From Chrysemys picta bellii (Eukaryota), in NCBI RefSeq assembly GCF_011386835.1, contig NC_088793.1:104904001-104968000 (forward strand): a stretch of 64,000 nucleotides of DNA. The letters run 5' to 3'. Below, piece after piece: positions 37,251 to 49,270 of the stretch. A program made the translations under genes and the position numbers. Each line of letters starts with the position of its first letter. The first letter of the stretch is position 1. Below the pieces are notes generated by a model that did no database searches, was not told where the DNA came from, and saw only the letters and a list, made by a program, of their open reading frames with translations.

Positions 37251-38338
37251 TTAAAGTTGGTTTACACTAAATGTAATTCCATTGTCTTCAGCGGAGTTAC
37301 TCCTGATTTACAAAAGAGTGAGATCAGAATCAGACCTGAACTGTTGAGAAGCTCTGATCAGCAAAATAAGGATATCATCCTACAAATGTTTACTCCTTTG
37401 CAATCACCTCTCATTAAAGTTGGGTTTTGGATTAGACCCATGGAGCATCCTTCAGTGAAGTCATTGGAACTACTTAAGATCAGTAGTAAATATTTTCAGA
37501 ATCAGGTTCTAGAGCAGTTCATTTGTTTTAGACTATGTCCATATATATTTGTGTGTGTGTATAAATACAGATCAGTATGCAATACAAATTTTAATGTAGC
37601 ATCCAGAAACATAACATTTAAATATATTTTTGGAAAAGATGGTGTTGAGGGCTAAAGATGTATATGACAGAGCCTAAAATTGCTGAGCTTTTGAAGAAGT
37701 GGCACACAGAGCTGTATGCTGCACTTAATGTACAACTGCACTGAAGTAATGAGAGTCATTTACTGTGATCTGAAATATCATGTTTACCTTCTGTTCAACC
37801 TTCTTAATGTATTTTTAAATAAATGCTCTATTTATTGTTTATAAAGTAAACTAATTTTAAAAAATGCATTCTAGAATAATGGAAGTCGACTTTTCTTACT
37901 GGTAGCTGAATAGTCAATTTTTTTGTAATCCATGCAGGCCACTGAACACCACATTTATTGCCAATCTGTTCTCACTGTGTTCAGTATTTTGTGTCTATGG
38001 GTGAGGTCAAATACTGACTGCATTACAGCCTTAGATTTCCTGACATATAACACTGTTACCTGTTCTGCACATTTGAAAACATGCTGTAGAAAGCTATACG
38101 CATGCAATCATATTATAACACCTTTTCCACATGCCTGGTGGAAATATAATGGTTTGCTGCTTATTGTTCAAGTATGAAAGTAGAAACATATGGGAATTCT
38201 GACAGTATTTAACTGTTAAAAGCTGCTGTTACAATTTTGTACATTTGCATAGTCGGTAAAATGTGGTTATACTGTAGCTTGTATATAACTAATCTTGAGT
38301 GTTTAAGAATTCCCTACATTAAAAATGGGGATTTGGTA

Positions 38339-38387
38339 AATAAAACTGAGTTTTCCAATGAAGGAGACTGTTGTGAAATAAAATAAA
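38339..38387 (+). terminator. Clustered AATAAA polyadenylation signals, candidate SLC35D3 3' end
   Basis: AATAAA at 38339, 38377 and 38382 at the end of an AU-rich 3'UTR-like tract. An upstream alternative lies at 37818. Confidence 0.5.
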
Positions 38388-40179
38388 AATATTGCCTCAT
38401 GCTGAGGCATGTTAATTGCATTAACGGGAGACTTCAATTAATCTGGAGAATGACCCGTGGAAATAAAATGCACTGCTTTACAGAAGCCTCCTGGTTTTCT
38501 TATGGCAGCTGTTCCAGGGTGCTCGTTTTTAGTTCACTTTCACAATTCCTGCACCTGTATCACTTCTAAATTTCCTTCAACATGTTACACCACGGCTGTA
38601 AGCATTGTCAGACATCACTGGGACAAGAATTAGGGGTATGCAGAGGAATACAAGAATTCCTAAGTGGCTGCTAAGCTGTGGAGCTTTAAGCATATGTTGC
38701 ACTAGCCAGTGATTTCCCTGACCAAATCTCTAGGTTGATTTGGTAGCAAAACTGTCAATCTGCTATCAATTTAGAATTAAAAATTGACAAAACGAGATCC
38801 TATTTATCATTAATATAATAGTTAGTTACATGATAATAGCCCTGAATATTATTTTCATTTTAAAATGTTTAATAAATATTATTTCTTTCTCATGACATCC
38901 CTGGGAGGTGAATTAACTATTATTTCCACCCTTTAACATTAGACCAAATAAACAAATGGTTTAGTGTGGTAAAGATGTGAATATCAGACTTGTGCAGTAC
39001 ATTTGGTGTGCTGATTGTATTAGGGTGTTGATTGGTCATCTTCAATGTCCACAGAAATGTGCATTCAGAAAGCTGGAAAGATAGAAACTCTCCTTGTGCC
39101 ACAGTTGTGATAATAGTGCATAATGACTTCTTTCAAAATAAACATTAATTTTAATGTCAATATGCCAGTGAGCAACACCTGCTATAGCATTACAAAACAG
39201 GGAATTAATAGAAACCAGGCAAGGAAAGCCAGACTGGCATCTTTATTTTATTTGTTTAAAAAAATGATGCCAGATAAATGTGGAAATGACAATATTGTTT
39301 TATTAAGATATATGTTTTTAACTTATTTTACTATAGTAAACCTGATCTTGGCTTTGCCTTTATTGCCAGAAGGAAAGTACCACTGCCTGTAAATAAACAG
39401 GTGAGGATGAAAGAAGATCTACTTTAAACATGTATTCACTTATTTATAAACCACTATAGATGTTCATGGTCTGTTTATTGCTATTGTTTAATAGCCTCCA
39501 TTAACCAAATATTTAGTACCTCTGTTTGCTGCAGACAAAGGTTTAAGTACCTAGAAAGACAGCTTTTTTTCAGCTCTGACTTTTAAATTAACTGATGGCA
39601 ATTTAAAGTTTTGGTGATAAAAATCCAAAGCCAAAGATCCGATCCTCCTTACTTTCTCTCCCCCATCAGATATATTTCCCCATATTGCTTTGATGTTTCC
39701 CCATATTGCCTGGTTTTTAATCTGAAACCTCTACAACCGCAGAGCAGTCAATCAACTTTGCCCATCAATTAGCTGCAATGTTCATGCTTCAATAGTTTGC
39801 TGGAGGTCATTGGAAAGCTGTTCACTTACTGCACGCTTGTTTCTGTAATTGATGAGCATGTCGTTGTTGTTTTTCTTCTCTTCCCACTCCCCGCCTCTTC
39901 TAATTCACTCTGGGGCAAATCCAGTTGCCAGTGCCCAGTCTAAGTATCTCTGCTGAGTGCTGGGGAGGGAGATCCTAAGGGAGAAATCATCCTCTCCCCA
40001 AGTTAGTGGAATGGCAGAGTGGACCTACCCCATTGACACCTTTGTGGCACTACATAGGATGTAGGTCTGAAAGCGACTTCACCCCTGTTATGGTGGGAGG
40101 AAGGACTAAAGGAACCTTTTAACAGCAGATCCTCTGTTCCCACCCTTCTGCATGTGGCAATGCACTGATTCCCCATGGA

Positions 40180-41618
40180 CAGGGCTGGCAGGTTTGTAGA
40201 AATTTTGGTGGTGCCCAGAACCCGTCCCCCCAAAATCCACTCCCCACCTGCCTAAGGTTCTGGGAGGGAGTTTGGGTGGGGGGAGGAGGTCTGGGGTGCA
40301 GACCCTGGGTTGGGGATTGGGGTCAGCAGGGGTGCAGTGTGCAGGCTCTGGGATGGAGTTTGGGTGCTGGGTGCAGGCTCCGGGCTGGGGCAGCAGGTGG
40401 GGGTGAAGGAGGGGGTGAGGGGTGCAGGATCTGGGACTGAGTTTGGGTGTAGGCTCTGGGCTGGGGCAAGGGGTGGGAGTGCAGGAGGGGGTGAGGGCTG
40501 CAGGCTCTGGGAGGGAGTTTGGGAGCAGGAGAGGGTGTGTGAGAAGGAGGTGGAGGTGCAGGCTCTGAGACAGAGTTTGGGGATGGGAGGGGGTGCAGTG
40601 GGAGGGGATGCAGGCTCTGGGAGGGAGTTTGGGGTTGGAGGGGGTGCAGAGGGAGGGGGTGCAGGGGTGAGGGCTGTGGCTAGGGCAGAGGTGCAGGGGG
40701 GTGAAGGCTCTGTCTGGGGCTGGGGATGAGGGGTTTGGGGTGTTGGAGAGGCTCAGGGCTAGGGCAGAGGGTTGGGGTGCAGGGGGGTGAGGGCTCTGGC
40801 TGGGGGTGCAGGGTCTGGGGTGGGGCAGGGCTGGGGATGAGTTCAGGGTGCAGGCAGGCTGCCCCGGGGCTAGTGCCAAAGAAGAGGACTCCCCTCAGCC
40901 CTCTCCCCACTGGCAGCAGTGAGCTTTGGGAGAGGGGCCCCCTCTGCCCCCCGGCAGCACACTCACCTCACACCACTGTCACTGCACATGCTCCTAGGGC
41001 CCCTCTCAGGTCCAGGAAGCCCCCTCGCCTCCCCTGTGGTGGGTGCAGGGGGGGTGGGGTGGCGGCTGCCATCATGTGTGCACCTTCTCCCCTGCTGCTG
41101 CCTCACTGTAGCCTCACTGGGGGTGAGGGATGGGGCTGCCCCTTGCCCAGCATGGGGCAGGAGCAGTGACTGCAGGTGGGAGACCCTGTGCTGGTGGAGG
41201 GTTCTGCTGGAAAAAGGAAGGGAGGGATAGCTCAGTGGTTTGAGCATTGGTCAGCTAAACCCAGGGTTGTGAGCTCAATCCTTGAGGGGGCCATTTAGGA
41301 CTCTGAGGCAAAAAATCAGTACTTGGTCCTGCTAGTGAACACAGGGGGGCTGAACTCAATGACCTTTCAGGGTCCTTTCCAGTTCTATGAGATAGATATA
41401 GCTCCGTATATTATATTAGTAGATGGGGGGCATTAGGACCCAGCAGCAGCAGTTGATGCCAGGAGCCAGAAGAGCATCGTCAGCCTGGAGCTGTAGGGGT
41501 GAGGCTCTGGGGGCTGGGGTATGCTCAGGGGAAGTACGAGACCCAGCCCCAAACATTGGTGGAGCCAGGCCCTGAATATTGCTGGAGCCCAGGCACCACA
41601 GGCCCATATAAATCACTG
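40180..41618. mobile_element. Non-autonomous hAT element with G-rich internal repeats and a nested SINE
   Basis: Left end CAGGGCTGGCAGG, perfect 8-bp TSD CCCATGGA (40172-40179, 41619-41626). Right TIR shortened. Confidence 0.8.
41220..41418 (+). mobile_element. tRNA-derived SINE with CR1-type tail (tortoise Pol III/SINE type)
   Basis: A box TAGCTCAGTGG (41228-41238) and B box GAGCTCAATCC (41271-41281). Tail TTGGTCCTGC...GACCTTTCAGGGTCCTTTCCAG is homologous to the CR1 3' ends at 11160-11237 and 13095-13178. Confidence 0.92.
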
Positions 41619-41640
41619 CCCATGGAGTTGGGCTATTGGC

Positions 41641-41660
41641 AAAAAAAAAAAAAAAAAAAA
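41641..41660. repeat. A20 homopolymer
   Basis: Uninterrupted 20-A run. Confidence 0.9.
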
Positions 41661-41778
41661 GACATATACAAGAGAGATCCACCTCTGCCAGGCTCTCAGC
41701 AGCAGAACCTTCTTGTTTTCACTGCAGTAGTTGCCCCCCCCTTGTGGAGATACGGGGAGGATTTTGTATTGTATAGAT

Positions 41779-42191
41779 CAGGGGTCGGCAACCTTTGGGA
41801 AGTGGTGTGACAAATCTTCATTAATTTAAGGTTTCATGTGCCAGTAAAAGGTTTTGCGTGCCAGACCGGCAGTGCAGGCAGCAGATGGAACCCCAGACCG
41901 GCAGGGTCCCAGCCGCTGACCCCGCTCAGCCCGCTGCTGGCCTGGATGGACGGAATCCGGGCCGGCAGCAGGCTGAGCGGGGCTGGCGGCCGGGACCCCA
42001 GACCCAAGCGGGAAGAGCCACTCAGCCCACTTCCAGTCTGGGGTCCCAGCCACTGGCCCCACTCAGCTTGCTGCCAGCCCGGGTTCCATCCATCCAGGCT
42101 GGCAGTGGGCTGCCCGGCTGGCAGCAGCGTGCCACTAGAAATCAGCCTGTGTGCTGCCTTTGGCATGCGTGCGGCAGGTTGCCGACCCCTG
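41779..42191. mobile_element. Young non-autonomous hAT element
   Basis: Perfect 16-bp TIR CAGGGGTCGGCAACCT / AGGTTGCCGACCCCTG and perfect 8-bp TSD GTATAGAT. Confidence 0.95.
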
Positions 42192-42334
42192 GTATAGATA
42201 TATATCATAGTTATTCAATCTGGGGGGAAATTCTTTGTAGTAAGAGTGATGTGCCAGTGAAGTTGCAAATGAAAAGGAAGGTGGTTGAAAACCAGCACTA
42301 TAGTTATTCAAGAATTGGCTAGATAAGACATTAT

Positions 42335-42453
42335 ACTTGTTATTGTGGTAGTGCCTTGGAACCCCAGTCGAGGGCGGAGCCCCATTGTGCTCAGCACTAC
42401 ACAGACAAGTAACAAAGACGGCGCTCTCTGCTCCAGAAAGCTTACACTCTAGG
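42335..42453 (-). mobile_element. L2/MIR-tail-like fragment
   Basis: GCCCCATTGTGCTCAGCACTACACAGACAAG...AAAGCTTACACTCTAG resembles reverse-complemented L2 3' ends. A similar piece lies near 2580-2690. Confidence 0.45.
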
Positions 42454-43227
42454 TGTCAGAGAGCATGCAACAAGTGGACAAAATAGGGGTGGGTGGGTTG
42501 GGAGCATGAGGTCATAACCATATGAACACATTGTAGCAGAAATTCAGCTTTAGGTTAAAATTTTAGGACTCCCATCAACCTCAAGCTGTGGCTCAAGCTC
42601 CCATGGCTCTTAGCTAAGTGAACAGTAGAGACTAGGACTGATAAATTAATGCAGATTCCCATATGTCAATGCAGAGAAGTAACTGCTACATCTTCTACCA
42701 AGGCCTGATTCAGCAGTCTTCCCTAGTCAGCAAAGCACTTAAGCATGTGCTTAACTGTAGCGTGTGCTTAAGCCTCATTTACATCAGTGGGATTTAAGAC
42801 CAAGCTTAAATGCCCTGCCGAATGGGGGGCCTTAGTGAGCGGTTTGCTCGTGCGTATGTGTCTCATGGCCCTCAGCTGAATGCAATGTTAGGTGTAATTT
42901 ATGGAAATTGCTTTTTTAGCTCACCAGGCAAAGGTTTGTGTTTTTGCAGCTGAAGGTCACAAGTCTTACTAACAATGGTACATTTATGTAGTTGGCTGAT
43001 GACTGGTATCTCTCACTCTCTCTTTCTCTCTCTTTCTCTGTGACTATAATTATTACAGCTTGTCCGTAACACAGAACTATGACAGAATCTGGCATATTTC
43101 AGCTTGTTTTAAAAGTCTGTCTGCTCAGGGGAATCCAAATACTATGGGAACAAATCAGCATTGGCTTAAACTGGCACCGATGCGTGAGGGAAGCTTGCAC
43201 AGATTTTACCTCATCAGTGCTATTGTG

Positions 43228-44460
43228 TTCTTAAGGAAACTACATCCTCATGGGATAAGAGGGAAAGTCCTCTCATGGATCAGTGACTGGTTAAAAGATA
43301 GGAAACAAAGGCAGGAATAAATTGTCAGTTTTCACAATGGAGAAAGAGAAAGAGCAGGGGTCCCCCAAGGATCTGTACTGGGACAGGTGCTGTGCAACAT
43401 ATTCACTAATGACCTGGAAAAGGGGGAAACAGAGAGGTGACAATGTTTGCAGATGATAAAAAATTATTCAAGATAGTTAAGTGCCAAGCTAATTGCAAAG
43501 GGTTATGGGGATCTCAGAAAATTAGGTGACTGGGCAACAAACTGGCAGATGAAATTCAACATTGTTAAGTGCAAAGTAATGCACATTAGAAAAAATAATC
43601 CCAACTATACATATATAATGATGGGTTCTAAATTAGCTCTTACCATTCAAGAAAGAGATGTTGGAGTCACTATGGATCGTTCTCTGAAAACTTCAGCTCA
43701 ATGTGCAACAGTGGTCAAAAAGGTTAACTGAACGTTAGGAAATGGACATATTAGGAAAGGGGTAGAAACTCAGACAGAAAATATCATAATACTACTATAT
43801 AAATCCAAGGTATGTCCTTGAATACTGAATGCAGTTTTGGTTATCTCAAAGAAGATATAGTGGAACTGGAAAAGGTTCAGAGAAGGGCAACAAAGATGAT
43901 GAAGGGTATGGAACGGCTTCCATATGAGGAGAGACTGAATAGCGTAGGGCTGTTCATCTTAGAAAAGAGATGATTAAGTGTGTGTGTGAGAATATGATAG
44001 AAGTTTATAAAAGCATGAATGGTGTGGAAAAAGTGACTAGAGAAGTGTTATTTACCCTTTCCCACAATATAAAAACCAGGGGTCACCCAATGAAGTTAAT
44101 AGGCAGTCCTTTAAAGACAAACAAGAGCACGTACTTTTTCACACAACACACAGTCAACCTGTGGAACTCATTGCCATGGGATGTTGTGATGGCCAAAGGT
44201 ATAACTGAACTCAAAAAGGAACTAGATAAGTTGATGGAGGATAGGTCCATCAAGGACTATTAGCTAAGTTAGTCAGGGATACATACAATCCCATGCTTGT
44301 GTAACCCTAAACCTCTGCCTGGCAGAAGCCGAGGGGGGTGGATCACTTCAATTGCCTTTTTCTGTACACACCCCATGAAGTGCTGGTATTGGCCACTGCT
44401 GGAGACAGGATACTGAGCTAAATGGAACATTGGTCTGACTCAATAAGAGGCATGTTATGA
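43228..44460 (+). mobile_element. Older 5'-truncated CR1 LINE
   Basis: Frameshifted ORF2 pieces ([32 protein letters not shown]...NLWNSLP). 3' end GGACATTGGTCTGACTCAATAAGAGGCATGTTATG. Confidence 0.9.
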
Positions 44461-45153
44461 AAAGAGGCTTTTTTTAAGTGCCCGTTCCTCTTGGAAAAAA
44501 ATTCTATTTCATTAATATTTTTTAGAATAAGAGATTTCTTTAAGAAGTAAAATTAAAATCCAATTCCCACAAATGGTATAGTGTTAGCTGAGCTTGCAAA
44601 AGAATTTGATGTATGGTATGGATTAGGTTGGTCGCCTCTTTATTTCCAATGCTTCTGAAGTGGTTGGGGAGATTGAAATGTAAAGCTAAAGGACAAAGAA
44701 TGAGCTCTGTACTGTTGCTTTACTACTGTTAATCTTAAAACCCCTTTGGAACTCCAGAGCGTTAGCCTCACTTTTGAGCTGACTTGACAAATGAATCTGC
44801 CATTCTTACAGTGCAGTCCTGGAATATTATAAAATGCCAAACGTTTAAGCTTCAGCTAGATAAGGCATAACCAGCTCCGTCCCAGTACTGGGAAGACAGT
44901 GATGTGCATGCCATATGGGTGCAGTGTGCTGTGAGAGAGAATTGCACAGCAGCCATTGCTCTACAACCCAGCATGAGGTAGAACCTGCCACCCCTTGAGG
45001 GTTAAGTGATCTCCTCTCATTCTCTCTCTTTCTTCATCCTTCCTGACCCGTGTGTTGCTTTTTAGGCTGTCAACCATGACATCCTTCTCAATTACCTGGG
45101 ACCATTTGCTGGAGTCTCAGAGAACTGTCCTTCTTGGTTTTGCTGCCATCTAT

Positions 45154-46018
45154 CAGTGTCTTCACTGCAGTAAGTTGACAGCTGGTGCTCTCCTGTTGAC
45201 TCTGCTTACGCTCCTTGTTCTTGTGGAGTACCGGAGTCGACGGGAGAGCGCTCAGCGGTCAATTTATCGCATCTATACTGAGGGCTGGCTCCAGGCACCA
45301 GGCACCCAAGCACATGCTTGGGGCGGCACCTGGTAAGGGGCGGCGGGGGGAGCGCGGCGCAGCATTCCCGGGGAGAGGGGGGTGTTCCGGCGGCTCTCAG
45401 CGGGGGGCGGGGGCGGGCTCTGGCAGCGCGGGGGGGGGGCATTCCGGCGGCTCTCGGCGGGGGGCGGGCTCTGGCGGCGCAAGGGGGCGTTCCGGCGGCT
45501 CTCGGCGGGGAGCGGGCTCTGGCGGCGCGGGGGGGGCGTTCCGGCAGCTCTCGGCGGGGAGTGGGCTCTGGCGGTGCGGGGGGGCGTTCCGGCGGCTCTC
45601 GGCGGGGGGCAGGGGCGGGCTCCGGCGGTGCTGGGGGGCGTTCCAGCGGCTCTCGGCGGGGGGCGGGCTCCGGCGGCGCTGCGCTGCGCGGCGCTGGGCG
45701 GGGGGGGCAGCGCGGGGCTGGGGGGGGTTTCTGGCAGCGCTCGGCACGGGGGGCAGGCTCCGGCATGCGGCGCTTGTCGGGGGGAGCAGCGCGGGCGCGG
45801 CGCTGGAGGGGGGTTCCAGCGGCGCTCGGCGGGGGGGGCAGCGCTCTGGGGGGGGGTTCTGGCGGCACTCGGCTGGGGGGCTCGGTGGGCGGCGCTTTTT
45901 TTTGCTGCTTGGGGCAGCAAAAAAGCTAGAGCCGGCCCTGTCCATACTAGACACAATAAATCGACCCCCGCTGGATCGATCACTTCCCGCCGTTCCGGCG
46001 GGTAGTGTAGACAAGCCC
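45154..46018. mobile_element. Harbinger-type MITE (left end truncated) split by a hAT insertion
   Basis: Right end GTAGTGTAGACAAGCCC followed by TTA. The internal palindrome ATTTATCGCATCTA...TAGACACAATAAAT is interrupted at 45280-45940. Confidence 0.75.
45280..45940. mobile_element. CpG-rich non-autonomous hAT element with internal ~35-40 bp tandem repeats
   Basis: Ends GAGGGCTGGCTCCAGG / GCTAGAGCCGGCCCTG, TSD TCTATACT/TCCATACT (7/8). Repeat unit is approximately GGGGGCGTTCCGGCGGCTCTCGGCGGGGGCGGGCTCTGGCGGCGC. Confidence 0.9.
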
Positions 46019-46104
46019 TTAGTGTGTTTATGTGATGGAGGTTGTTATTTGTTAGTTTATATTTTGGGAGATAGGGGTTAGTTCAGTTGTATAAGTCATT
46101 GTAT

Positions 46105-46529
46105 TGTTATGGCAGGTTTCACCCGGTGGCCCTGCTACACGGTCTTTCCAGTTTTCTTCCCGCCCCACCCTCCCTTTAGCTTGCAAGCAAATGTTCAATC
46201 TTGGGAAGACATGCTGTGTTTTTATTATGGAAGGCTCTGTGCAGAGGAAGTGGTCCTGGGTACGGGGAGCTGTATGAGCTGCAGGACTGTCTGTTCTCTG
46301 ATTTGGGCTCTGATTAGAGTCCATTCTTCAGGCATAGTTGCTTCCTGGGAACTAGGCATTGGTGTTGGGCTGAGATTCCTGAAGAAGGGATTGCGTGCAT
46401 CTCTGTTCCTGGACTGGTGTTTATGTATAAATAAAGAAAGTTACACCTAGAATATACCTAGACTCCATGTTGCTGTTTTTCTCCTCTACTAGAACATGAT
46501 CAGTGAAGCCCTGAATTTCTGCTATAACA
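46105..46529 (+). mobile_element. Possible short solo LTR
   Basis: TGTTAT...ATAACA termini and TATAAATAAA near 46426. No TSD match. Confidence 0.35.
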
Positions 46530-47445
46530 CAGCAGAGGGCCAATGCTATGTCATAATGGGACACTGGTATCAAAAGGAGGGGCAATATTAGTTTGGATTT
46601 GCATCCATTGATTTAAACCTTTGAATTAATTGTATAAGAGTCTAAAGTTGTGTCTAAAATAGTGAAGAATTAGTAATTACAACTCAAGATGGTGTGGTGT
46701 ACAGAATGTCTTTATATGCTTCTCTTTCTATCTATATGATCCCTAGTGAAAAAGTCCAACAGTATAGGAACTGACTAATTAGTTTAACATTAGTTTGATT
46801 GTTTTGTTCATTATAAGTGAAACATGCATACGAAAGTTAAAAGATTGAAGGAGGGAAAGATTCCTTTTATTAATAATGTCACTCATTTGAATTCCAAGTA
46901 GCAATATTCCTAAAAAAAAAAAGATAGATCTTTGTTAGCTTAATCTTGAATCCCAGAGGAGCATAAAAGTTATTATTCATTAAGGGAATGACTAATATGC
47001 TCCAACCAGATCAGGCATGGAATTGACCTGATATAGACAATTCCCATCTTGTTATGGAGGAGCAAATGTTTACAAACATTACTCTCAATCGTATCAAAAA
47101 GGGCAAAACCTCAAAGCCACTACATGGTGCTCTTTCAAATCCCTCCTTAAGATCCTCATCTGCTGTCATGCCTACAGAACAGTCAACAGCTCGGGTGGCT
47201 AGCCAAAGTCTTTGCCGGAGCCACAAAGTCGACACAGTTATTTTTAGCGTACTAGTTTGAGCTGTGCTAGTGCAAGTCGGTCTACCTGGGCTCTCAGACT
47301 CGCTCCCATCTGCAGTGGCCATGGAGACATACCCTAAGACTTCCACTCAGAGGCAGATTAAGGTTTCCTGGGGCCCTGGGCAAGTGGGGAGGGCCCTCTC
47401 CAACCTTGCCCCTCTCCAGAGCAAGTGGGGGGCCCCTCTCCAACC

Positions 47446-48289
47446 TATAATAAGAATATAACAGTAGGGATCTATTATGGACCACCTGACCAGGACAGTG
47501 ATAGTGACTATGAAATGCTAAGGGAGATTAGAGAGGCTATCAAAATAAAGAACTCAATAATAGTGGGGGATTTCAATTATCTCCATATTGACTGGGAACA
47601 TGTCACCTCAGTACGAAATGCAGAGACAAAATTTCTTGATACTTTAAATGACTGCTTCTTGGAGCAGCTGGTATGGGAACCCACAAAGGGAGAGGCAATT
47701 CTCGATTTAGTCCTGAGTGGAGCACAGGATCTGGTCCAAAAGGTAACTATAACAGGACCGCTTGGAAATGTGACTATAATATAATAACATTTAACATTCC
47801 TGTGGTGGGAAGAACACCTCAGCAGCCCAACACTGTGGCATTTAATTTCAGAAAGGGGAACTATGCAGAAATGAAGAGGTTAGTTAAACAGAAATTAAAA
47901 GGTACAGTGACTAGAGTGAAATCCCTGCAAGCTGCTTGGACACTTTTCAAAGCCACCATAATAGAGGCCTAACTTAAATGTATACCCCAAATTAAAAAAA
48001 CACAGTAAAAGAATTTTAAAAAGAGCCACCATGGCTTAACAACCATGTAAAAGAAGCAGTGAGAGATAAAAAGGGATCTTTTAAAAAGTGGAAGTCAAAT
48101 CCTAGTGAGGTAAATAGAAAGAAGCATAAACACTGCCAAATTAAGTGTAAATATGTAATAAGAAAAGCCAAAAAGGAGTTTGAAGAACAGCTAGCCAAAA
48201 ACTCAAAAGGAAATAGCAAAATGTTTTTTATGTACATCAGAAGCAGGAAGCCTACTAAACAACCAGTGGGGACCCTGAACGATCGAGAT
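47446..48289 (+). mobile_element. CR1 ORF2 endonuclease/linker fragment, truncated at both ends
   Basis: GIYYGPPDQD, IIVGDFNY, FLEQLV, AILDLVL and AFNFRKGNY are CR1 APE-domain motifs. No RT domain or 3' tail. Confidence 0.9.
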
Positions 48290-49270
48290 CCTTGAGCCAC
48301 AGGCTTGTTGGCAGATGTTGCAGGTGGGGTTGGAAGTCAGGGTTGGGGCACAATTACTGCATGACCGTTGTCTTTCCTTTCTGTTCTGGTGTTTTTCTGT
48401 GACCAGGGCAAGGCGATTTTCCTCAAAAGTGGACGTTCCCTCTCTGGTGAGCCTTTGCCAGTTATCCCTGTCCTGGGCTACTGTCTCCCAGTGTGTGGTG
48501 TCGATGCCACATCTCTTGATGTTTATCCTGGGGGAGTCTTTAAAGCGTTTCTTTTGGTCTCCCCATTTCCTTTCTCCGTTGGTGAGTTGGGCGTATAGCA
48601 GTTGTTTTGGTAAGTGTATGTGCACATAGTGCCTGCTCCACCTCAGTTGGTGCTGGTTAATCAGGGCCTCAACACTGAAGATGTTGGCCTCTGTGAGGAC
48701 ACTGACATTAGTACATGATCCTCCCACTTTATGTTGAAGATCTTCCAAAGAAAGTGCTGGTGTCTCAGGTGTTTTCTATAGGTCACCCAAGTCTCACAGA
48801 CGTAGAGGAGAGTTGGGATTACCACCACTTTGTAAACTAAAAGTCTAGTGTGTGTTCTTCTGATGTCATGATTGTTGAACACCCATCTGGCGAAACAGTC
48901 TGCCAAAGGCAAAGCTGGCACAGCGGATTCTATGCTGAATCTCGACGTCCATGTCTGCCCTCTGTGAGAGATGGCTGCCAAGATAGGCAAAGTATTCTAC
49001 ATTTTCCAGTTCTTCTCTGTCAGTGTAGATCTTCTTTTCTGGGTCTGATGATTGACCAGGAGCTGGCTGCTAGAGAACTTTTGTTTTGCCAATGTTCAGA
49101 GTTAGCCCTAGGCTTTTGTGAGCTTCAGAGAAGCAATTAAGGGCTGTTTGTAGCTCCTCCTTTGAGTGTGCAACTACAGCACAATCATCTGCGCACTGGA
49201 GTTCGATTATTGTTGCCAATATTACTTTAGTTCTGGCACGGAGATGAGAGAGGTTGTAAATGCTACTAGA
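48287..49270 (-). mobile_element. RTE-clade LINE ORF fragment
   Basis: Minus-strand frames give LRARTKV...ELQCADD (YADD variant), VVIPTLLYVCETW, QHQLRWSRH, DQKKRFKD, HWETVAQDRDNW and C-x2-C...CGSRI. Confidence 0.9.

Noticed and set aside
40106-41247. Long Pro/Gly-rich ORFs (up to 257 aa)
   Set aside because: G-rich tandem repeats inside a hAT element.
41220-41292. tRNA gene
   Set aside because: A and B boxes are present but continue into a CR1-type tail, so this is a SINE head.
45206-46081. Six overlapping 200-290 aa ORFs
   Set aside because: Periodic translation of a GC-rich tandem repeat.
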